From Betaproteobacteria bacterium (GTDB taxonomy: Bacteria; Pseudomonadota; Gammaproteobacteria; Burkholderiales; SG8-41), in contig JANNPG010000153.1 of the NCBI GenBank assembly GCA_031399805.1, forward strand, positions 1 through 56,012: a stretch of DNA of 56,012 nucleotides, given 5' to 3'. The notes under the pieces were generated by a model. The model did not search any database and had not been told where the DNA came from. It saw only the letters and a program-made list of their open reading frames with translations. The translations under genes were made by a program, and so were the position numbers. This document shows, piece after piece, positions 49,982-56,012 of the stretch; positions within the stretch are counted from its first letter, which is position 1, and each line of letters starts with the position of its first letter.

Positions 49982-52900
49982 ATGCTGAATTTGCCATACG
50001 GGTTGTCGTTTCCCGACCTTTACCATCGCGAAGGCCTCATGCGCCTCGATGCGGCATTCGTGCGCTCGCTCGCCGCGGTCGACGGTGCGTTATGCCAGAG
50101 GCTGCGCGATGCGCGCGAGCACTGCGCAGCGCTCGCAGCGAAGCAGGAATCAGAACTGCTGATTGCGCTCGCTCCTCATCTCGACGACTTCATTGCGCAA
50201 TTGTTCGGCATCCAGTCCGAGGTCGGCGCTTTGTCTGCGCGGCACAACGAGCTCGCGCCGCTCTACAGTTGCAAGCGCCTATTCGTGCAGCGCAAAGCAC
50301 TCCACAAATTCAAGCCGGACGACGCTGCCGCCATCGAGGGCACGTCGCTACGCGCGCAGTTGACCGCGTTGTTCGGCGGCGAGTTCACTGAACTCACGTT
50401 CGCGCAACACGTGGCGCGCTGGCAGGCGGACGAGACAGCGCACGCCGCCGAACTCAATCTGGCCTTGCGGTATGCCGCATGGGCAGCACTTACGCCCGCG
50501 GGCAAATCACTGCATCGGGCAGGCGTGCTGTTCAAGGTTCCGCACAAGCTTGATTACCAGCACCTCGTGCCGCTCGTCGCGGACAGCGCCGCCGGCTATA
50601 CCGCATACACTGCCGCTGCCGCGCAGTTGCGCCGTCGAGCGGGATTCAAGCTGACGGATCCGGGCACCGATCTCGTCGGCGCGCTTGACCAGGCGCATTA
50701 CTGCATCTGGTGCCACGAGCAGGGCAAGGATTCTTGCTCGAAGGGACTTAAGGAGAAAGGCGCGAGCGGCCACGGCACGGCTTCGTTCAAGAGAAGCCCG
50801 TTCGGCGTCACGCTGGCGGGCTGCCCACTGGAGCAAAAAATTTCCGAATTCCACAAGGTGAAGACCGAAGGACTCGCGCTCGGCGCGCTGGCGATGATCG
50901 TGGTCGACAATCCGATGGTGGCGGCGACCGGGCATCGCATCTGCAACGATTGCATGAAAGCGTGCATTTATCAGAAGCAGGAGCCGGTCGATATTCCGCA
51001 GGCGGAAACCCGTACGTTGAAAGATGTGCTCGAACTGCCGTGGGGATTCGAGATCTACAGTCTCTTTACGCGCTGGAATCCGCTCAATCTGTGCACGCCA
51101 TATCCCAAGGCGGCGTCCGCCAAGCGCGTACTGGTCGCTGGCATGGGACCCGCGGGTTTTTCGCTCGCGCACTTCCTGATGAACGACGGCCATGCAGTGG
51201 TCGGCATCGATGGCTTGAAGATCGAGCCGCTGCCCGCGCATATCTCGGGCGTCGATAATCGCGGGCGGCGCGTGGCATTTAAACCGGTGCGCGACGTGCG
51301 CGAGCTTTACGAAGCGCTCGACGATCGCGTGATGGCCGGCTTTGGCGGTGTCGCCGAGTACGGCATCACCGTGAGATGGGACAAGAACTTTCTTAAAGTA
51401 GTGCGGCTCCTGGTCGAGCGGCGCAGCGAGTTCGCTTTGTTCGGCGGTGTGCGCTTCGGCGGCACGCTGACGGCGGATGAGGCATTTCAACTGGGCTTCG
51501 ACCATGTCGCGCTGGCGCTGGGCGCCGGCCGTCCCACCGTGCTCGACATGCCCAACGGACTCGCGCGGGGTGTGCGCACGGCGTCGGATTTCCTGATGGC
51601 GCTGCAATTGACCGGTGCGGCCAAAAAGGATTCGATCGCCAACATGCAGGTCCGATTGCCGGTGGTGGTCATCGGCGGCGGCCTGACCGCGATCGATACG
51701 GCGACCGAATCGCTGGCCTACTATCCGCTGCAGGTGGAAAAGTTTCTGCTGCGTTACGAGGCACTTGCGCGCGAGCACGGTGAAACCGCCGCGCGTATTG
51801 CGTGGAATGAAGAAGAGCGCACGGTGGCTGACGAATTTCTGGCTCACGCGCGCGCCATCCGCGCCGAGCGCGACGCCGCCCAACGCGACGGCCGTGAGCC
51901 GCGAATTCTCGAGCTGTTGCAGAAATGGGGCGGCGTCACTATTGCCTATCGCCGCCGCCTGATCGACAGCCCGTCCTATACGCTGAATCACGAGGAAGTG
52001 CAGAAGGCGCTCGAAGAGGGCATACGTTTTGCCGAGGGACTCACGCCACTCGGCGTTGAAATCGACATGCACGGGCATGCGCGTGCGCTGCGCGTAACGG
52101 CGCAGTCGCGCAATGAAGACGGCACGTGGACCGAGCACGCGCAAATCGAGTTGCCGGCGAAAACGGTCTTGATCGCGGCCGGAACGCAGCCGAATACGGT
52201 GCTTGCTCGCGAGGAGGCGCCAAATTTCCCGCTCGACGGCAAGTACTTCCGCGCGTGTGACGAGGATGGCAAGCCGCTGGCCGTCGAGAAAGCGATCTCG
52301 AAGCCCGAGCAAATCAGGGTTTTGTTGTCGCGGCGCGACGACGGCCGCTTCGTCAGTTACTTCGGCGACGTGCACCCGTCGTTCTTCGGCAACGTGGTGA
52401 AGGCCATCGGCAGCGCAAAGCAGGGTTATCCGGTCGTCAGTCGCGTGCTCGCCAAAGTCGGCGCCGCGTCCAACCTTGACGACGCAGACTTTTTCGCGCG
52501 GCTCAATGACAACCTGCGCGCCACCGTGCATCAAGTGATCCGCCTGACGCCGACGATCGTTGAAGTCGTCGTGCGCGCGCCGCTCGCCGCGCGGCGCTTC
52601 CGGCCAGGGCAGTTTTACCGGCTGCAGAACTATGAAAGCAGCGCGCTCACTGCGGAACACTCACGACTGGCGATGGAAGGGCTGGCGCTGACCGGCGCGT
52701 GGGTTGACGCGGATAAAGGGTTGATCTCGACCATCGTGCTCGAGATGGGCGGATCAAGCGACATGTGCGTGCTGCTCAAACCCGGGGAGCCCGTCGTGCT
52801 CATGGGGCCGACCGGCATGCCGACGGAAATCCCGTCGCATGAGACGGTGGTGCTGGTAGGCGGCGGCTTGGGCAACGCGGTGCTGTTTTCGATCGGCCAG

Positions 52901-53497
52901 GCGATGCGCCGGGCGGGCAATCGTGTGCTCTATTTTGCCGGCTACAAGCACATGATCGACCGCTACAAGGTTGCCGATATCGAAGCCGCGGCGGAGGTGG
53001 TCGTCTGGTGCTGCGACGAAGAACCCGGTTTTACGCCAAGCCGTCCGCTCGACCGCACTTTCGTCGGCAATATCGTGCAGGCGATGCATTCCTACGCCGT
53101 GGGCAATCTGGGCGTGCAGGAAATCCCGCTCAAGTCCGCCGACCGGCTGATGGCGATTGGCTCGGACCGCATGATGGCGGCGGTCGCGGCTGCGCGGCAC
53201 GCAGCATTGAAGCCTTTTCTGAAGCCGCACCATTTTGCGATCGGCTCGATCAACTCGCCGATGCAATGCATGATGAAGGAAATCTGCGCGCAATGTTTGC
53301 AGCCGCACATCGATCCAGAGACCGGCAAGACGAGCTATGTGTTCTCGTGTTTCAATCAGGACCAGCCGCTCGATAACGTCGACTGGCAGGCGCTTAACCA
53401 GCGCCTGCGGCAGAATTCAGTGCAGGAAAAGCTCACCGCCGAGTGGATCGACCATTGCCTGGTCAAGCTCGACAGGCGCACGATGCAGCGGGTGTGA
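49982..53497 (+). CDS. Large (1171 aa) multidomain Fe-S flavoprotein oxidoreductase: Cys-rich N-region, GltD-like FAD/NAD(P) domain, and PyrK-like FAD/[2Fe-2S] electron-transfer domain
   Basis: CIWCHEQGKDSC and CNDCMKAC cysteine clusters. Dinucleotide fold VLVAGMGPAGFSLA and VVVIGGGLTAIDTA. C-terminal RLTPTIVEVVV...FRPGQFYRLQ...VLVGGGLGNA...CMMKEICAQC. Confidence 0.75.
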   Translation: MLNLPYGLSFPDLYHREGLMRLDAAFVRSLAAVDGALCQRLRDAREHCAALAAKQESELLIALAPHLDDFIAQLFGIQSEVGALSARHNELAPLYSCKRLFVQRKALHKFKPDDAAAIEGTSLRAQLTALFGGEFTELTFAQHVARWQADETAHAAELNLALRYAAWAALTPAGKSLHRAGVLFKVPHKLDYQHLVPLVADSAAGYTAYTAAAAQLRRRAGFKLTDPGTDLVGALDQAHYCIWCHEQGKDSCSKGLKEKGASGHGTASFKRSPFGVTLAGCPLEQKISEFHKVKTEGLALGALAMIVVDNPMVAATGHRICNDCMKACIYQKQEPVDIPQAETRTLKDVLELPWGFEIYSLFTRWNPLNLCTPYPKAASAKRVLVAGMGPAGFSLAHFLMNDGHAVVGIDGLKIEPLPAHISGVDNRGRRVAFKPVRDVRELYEALDDRVMAGFGGVAEYGITVRWDKNFLKVVRLLVERRSEFALFGGVRFGGTLTADEAFQLGFDHVALALGAGRPTVLDMPNGLARGVRTASDFLMALQLTGAAKKDSIANMQVRLPVVVIGGGLTAIDTATESLAYYPLQVEKFLLRYEALAREHGETAARIAWNEEERTVADEFLAHARAIRAERDAAQRDGREPRILELLQKWGGVTIAYRRRLIDSPSYTLNHEEVQKALEEGIRFAEGLTPLGVEIDMHGHARALRVTAQSRNEDGTWTEHAQIELPAKTVLIAAGTQPNTVLAREEAPNFPLDGKYFRACDEDGKPLAVEKAISKPEQIRVLLSRRDDGRFVSYFGDVHPSFFGNVVKAIGSAKQGYPVVSRVLAKVGAASNLDDADFFARLNDNLRATVHQVIRLTPTIVEVVVRAPLAARRFRPGQFYRLQNYESSALTAEHSRLAMEGLALTGAWVDADKGLISTIVLEMGGSSDMCVLLKPGEPVVLMGPTGMPTEIPSHETVVLVGGGLGNAVLFSIGQAMRRAGNRVLYFAGYKHMIDRYKVADIEAAAEVVVWCCDEEPGFTPSRPLDRTFVGNIVQAMHSYAVGNLGVQEIPLKSADRLMAIGSDRMMAAVAAARHAALKPFLKPHHFAIGSINSPMQCMMKEICAQCLQPHIDPETGKTSYVFSCFNQDQPLDNVDWQALNQRLRQNSVQEKLTAEWIDHCLVKLDRRTMQRV

Positions 53498-53506
53498 CCT
53501 GCAAGT

Positions 53507-54838
53507 CTAGGTTGTTCGTCCCATTTCGCGCAGCACGCCGCCCAACGTACCCACGAGTTCGTCGATCTGCGGTTTGCTGATGACCAGCGGCGGCGACAAC
53601 GCAATGATGTCGCCGGTGGTGCGTATCAGCACGCCTTTCTCATAGCAGCGCTGAAACGCCTCGAACGCACGCGCGGTGGGTCTGCCCGTGATCGGCGCGA
53701 GCTCTATGCCCGCAACCATGCCGAGATTGCGCACGTCGATCACGTGCGGCAACTCGCGCAGGCTGTGCACCGCATCTTCAAAGTAAGGCGAGAGGTCAGC
53801 TGCGCGCTCGAACAACGCTTCCTCCTCGAATACGTCCAGGCTGGCAAGTGCTGCCGCCGATGCGAGCGGGTGGCCGGAGTAAGTGTAACCGTGGAATAGC
53901 TCGATGGTGTTCTCGGGAGCGGCCGCCATCATGTTTTCGTAGATCGCTTTGCGCACAACCACCGCACCCATCGGCACGCTGCCGTTGGTCAATCCCTTGG
54001 CGAGGCAGATGATGTCGGGAATCACGCCCAACTTCTCGCAAGCGAACGAAGCGCCCAGACGGCCGAAGCCGGTGATGACCTCGTCGAATATGAGCAGAAT
54101 GCCGTGCTTGTCGCAAATCTGGCGCAGCGTTTCGAGATATCCCTTCGGCGGCACCAGCACGCCGGCCGAGCCCGCCAGCGGTTCGACGATCACCGCCGCG
54201 ATGTTCGACGCATCGTGCAGCATGATGATGCGGTTTTCGAGCTCGTCGGCGAGGTGAGCGCCCCACGCCGGCTGGCCGCGGCTGAACGAGTTATGTTCGA
54301 GATCGTGGGTATGCTGCAAATGGTCAACCGTCGGCAACAGGCTGCCGAATGCTTTGCGGTTGGCCGGCATGCCGCCGACGGAGACGCCGCCGAAATTGCC
54401 GCCGTGATAACCGCGTTCGCGTCCGATCAGCCAGCGACGCTGGCCTTCGCCCCGCGCGCGATGATAGGCCAGCGCGATTTTGAGCGCAGTGTCGACCGCT
54501 TCAGAACCCGAGTTGGTGAAAAACGTGTAATCGAGGTCGCCCGGCAGCAGTTTTTTCAGGCGCGCCGCCACCTTGAAGGGCAGCGGATGCCCCATCTGGA
54601 ACGGCGGCGCGAAATCGAGCACGCCGGCCTGCTTCTGAATCGCCTCGACGATCTTTTTGCGGCCGTGGCCGGCGTTGACGCACCACAGCCCGGCGATGCC
54701 ATCGAGCACCTCGCGTCCGTCATCGGTGGTGAAATGCATATCCTTCGCGGAAACGAACATGCGCGGCGCCGCTTTGAACTGGCGATTCGCGGTGAACGGC
54801 ATCCAGAACGCGTCGAGGTCGAAATCGTGAGGTTGCAT
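53507..54838 (-). CDS. Class-III PLP aminotransferase (omega-amino acid/beta-alanine--pyruvate transaminase-like)
   Basis: WMPFTANRQFK, GLWCVNAGHGR, LIFDEVITGFGR, and the lysine context CLAKGLTNG. Confidence 0.88.
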   Translation of the reverse strand: MQPHDFDLDAFWMPFTANRQFKAAPRMFVSAKDMHFTTDDGREVLDGIAGLWCVNAGHGRKKIVEAIQKQAGVLDFAPPFQMGHPLPFKVAARLKKLLPGDLDYTFFTNSGSEAVDTALKIALAYHRARGEGQRRWLIGRERGYHGGNFGGVSVGGMPANRKAFGSLLPTVDHLQHTHDLEHNSFSRGQPAWGAHLADELENRIIMLHDASNIAAVIVEPLAGSAGVLVPPKGYLETLRQICDKHGILLIFDEVITGFGRLGASFACEKLGVIPDIICLAKGLTNGSVPMGAVVVRKAIYENMMAAAPENTIELFHGYTYSGHPLASAAALASLDVFEEEALFERAADLSPYFEDAVHSLRELPHVIDVRNLGMVAGIELAPITGRPTARAFEAFQRCYEKGVLIRTTGDIIALSPPLVISKPQIDELVGTLGGVLREMGRTT

Positions 54839-54878
54839 GAGGGTCTTTGCCTGAATGAGCCGGATGGAGAAGGTGCAG

Positions 54879-55874
54879 TTAATCCGCGCGTATGCCGGCC
54901 GTCTTTACAACGCGCGACCACTTGGCGACTTCCGCGATTATAAACTTTCCGAACTCGCCGGGGTTGCTCGCGACTATATCGACACCCTGGTTCGTAATGC
55001 GCGACTTCAAGGCGGGAGCCTGCAATATGCGCGCGATCGACTGTTGCACGTGCGCCACTATTGCAGGCGGCGTGCGCGCCGGGGCAAGCACGCCGTACCA
55101 CGTGCCCGTTTCAACGCCGGCAAAGCCCGCTTCGGTCATCGTCGGCACTTCCGGCAACACAGAAGATCGCCGCTGGTCGGCGATCGCCAGCGCGCGCAGC
55201 CGGCCGCTCTTGATATGCTGTTCGAGCGCCAGCGGGCCCGCGAACATCATCTGCACGTGTCCGCCAAGAAGATCGGTGACACCCGGTCCGGAGCCCTTAT
55301 ACGGAATGTGCGTGATCTGGATGCCGGCGACGAGTTTAAAGAGTTCGCCCGACAAGTGCGGCGAGCTGCCGTTGCCACCCGACGCAAAATTGAGCGTATT
55401 GGGTTTCGCTTTCGCGAGCGCGACCAGTTCCGCGACCGATCTTGCGGCGACCGACGGATGCACCACCAGGATGTTGGGTTGCGACACCACGAGTGAAACT
55501 GCCGCAAAGTCCTTGATGGTGTCGAACGGCAATTTCGCGATCAGGCTGGGATTGACCGCGTGCGTTGTCGTCACTAGCACCAGCGTGTAGCCGTCGGGCG
55601 CCGCCTTCGCCGCCAACTCGGTGCCTATCGTGCTGCTCGCGCCGGGGCGGTTATCGATCACCAGCGACTGGCCGAGCGCGTCGCTCAACGCCGGTTGCAG
55701 GGTGCGTGCGAGCGCATCGGCGCTGCCGGCGGGAGCGAACGGGACGATCAGGCGTATCGGCTTGGCGGGATAGGCGGCCTGTTCGGCGGCAGTCGCCGGC
55801 CATGCGACGACAGAACAAGCGACGAACAGTGCGGCAGCGTATCGCGCGGAAGGCCGGTTGATTTCTTCACGCAT
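54879..55874 (-). CDS. Bug/TctC-family tripartite tricarboxylate transporter substrate-binding protein
   Basis: Signal peptide ...WPATAAEQ followed by YPAKPIRLIVPFAPAGSADALAR, the hallmark of Bug proteins. The start could be 55874 or 55883. Confidence 0.85.
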   Translation of the reverse strand: MREEINRPSARYAAALFVACSVVAWPATAAEQAAYPAKPIRLIVPFAPAGSADALARTLQPALSDALGQSLVIDNRPGASSTIGTELAAKAAPDGYTLVLVTTTHAVNPSLIAKLPFDTIKDFAAVSLVVSQPNILVVHPSVAARSVAELVALAKAKPNTLNFASGGNGSSPHLSGELFKLVAGIQITHIPYKGSGPGVTDLLGGHVQMMFAGPLALEQHIKSGRLRALAIADQRRSSVLPEVPTMTEAGFAGVETGTWYGVLAPARTPPAIVAHVQQSIARILQAPALKSRITNQGVDIVASNPGEFGKFIIAEVAKWSRVVKTAGIRAD

Positions 55875-56012
55875 GGGACGCATCGTAGCAAAACCCCGCC
55901 AATAGACAAAACGGCGCGCCACCCGCGGGATTGGTTCATCTATAATCCAGACGGAAAACAGGCAACCACTCGCGCCTGCACCTTATCACACCGGGCGTCA
56001 CTGACAGGCTCC

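Noticed and set aside
50507-52660. 717-aa minus-strand ORF inside the 1171-aa oxidoreductase gene.
   Set aside because: It is Arg/Ala-rich antisense sequence. The plus-strand frame carries dinucleotide-binding and Fe-S motifs in the proper order.

Overview
The window looks like betaproteobacterial chromosome, about 60% GC. I saw no rRNA, tRNA, CRISPR array, integrase or transposase.

Nt 1-20.9 kb is a conserved housekeeping block: galU (5'-truncated), a purine PRTase, an MTA/MTI phosphorylase, def, glnD and map on the minus strand, then rpsB-tsf-pyrH-frr-uppS-cdsA-dxr-rseP-bamA-skp-lpxD-fabZ-lpxA-lpxB-rnhB.

Nt 20.9-24.7 kb is an accessory patch. It holds a head-to-head glycosyltransferase plus EgtB/SenA-like synthase pair, a TrmH-family methyltransferase, and a heavily deleted ppsA relic. 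pyrG-kdsA-eno-ftsB follows.

The most interesting part is nt 29.2-48.4 kb. It contains:
- a SoxCD/SorAB-like sulfite dehydrogenase;
- a four-component Rieske oxygenase;
- a NitT/TauT-type ABC importer with two permeases and two non-equivalent ATPases;
- two tandem folD paralogs;
- a convergent operon of a PanB-like gene, a CNB-domain gene, a TauE sulfite exporter and a GcvT-like gene;
- a PAS histidine kinase and a sigma-54 response regulator.

Both large operons carry near-identical sigma-54 promoter geometry and a shared GTTTC-N5-GAAAC upstream palindrome. One atypical cyclic-nucleotide-binding-like domain (FGW in place of FGE) occurs three times: fused to the Rieske ferredoxin, fused to an ABC permease, and free-standing. 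My working hypothesis, which is inference, is a C1-organosulfonate (methanesulfonate-like) uptake and oxidation system with a ligand-sensing layer I do not recognise as described.

Separately, two unrelated intergenic regions carry the same element. It consists of inverted heptamer arrays (GNGAGGN)3-4 ... (NCCTCNC)3 that reach exactly from the upstream stop codon to about 10 nt before a start codon lacking a Shine-Dalgarno sequence.

All calls come from reading motifs in the supplied translations and the DNA. No database search or identity calculation was possible.
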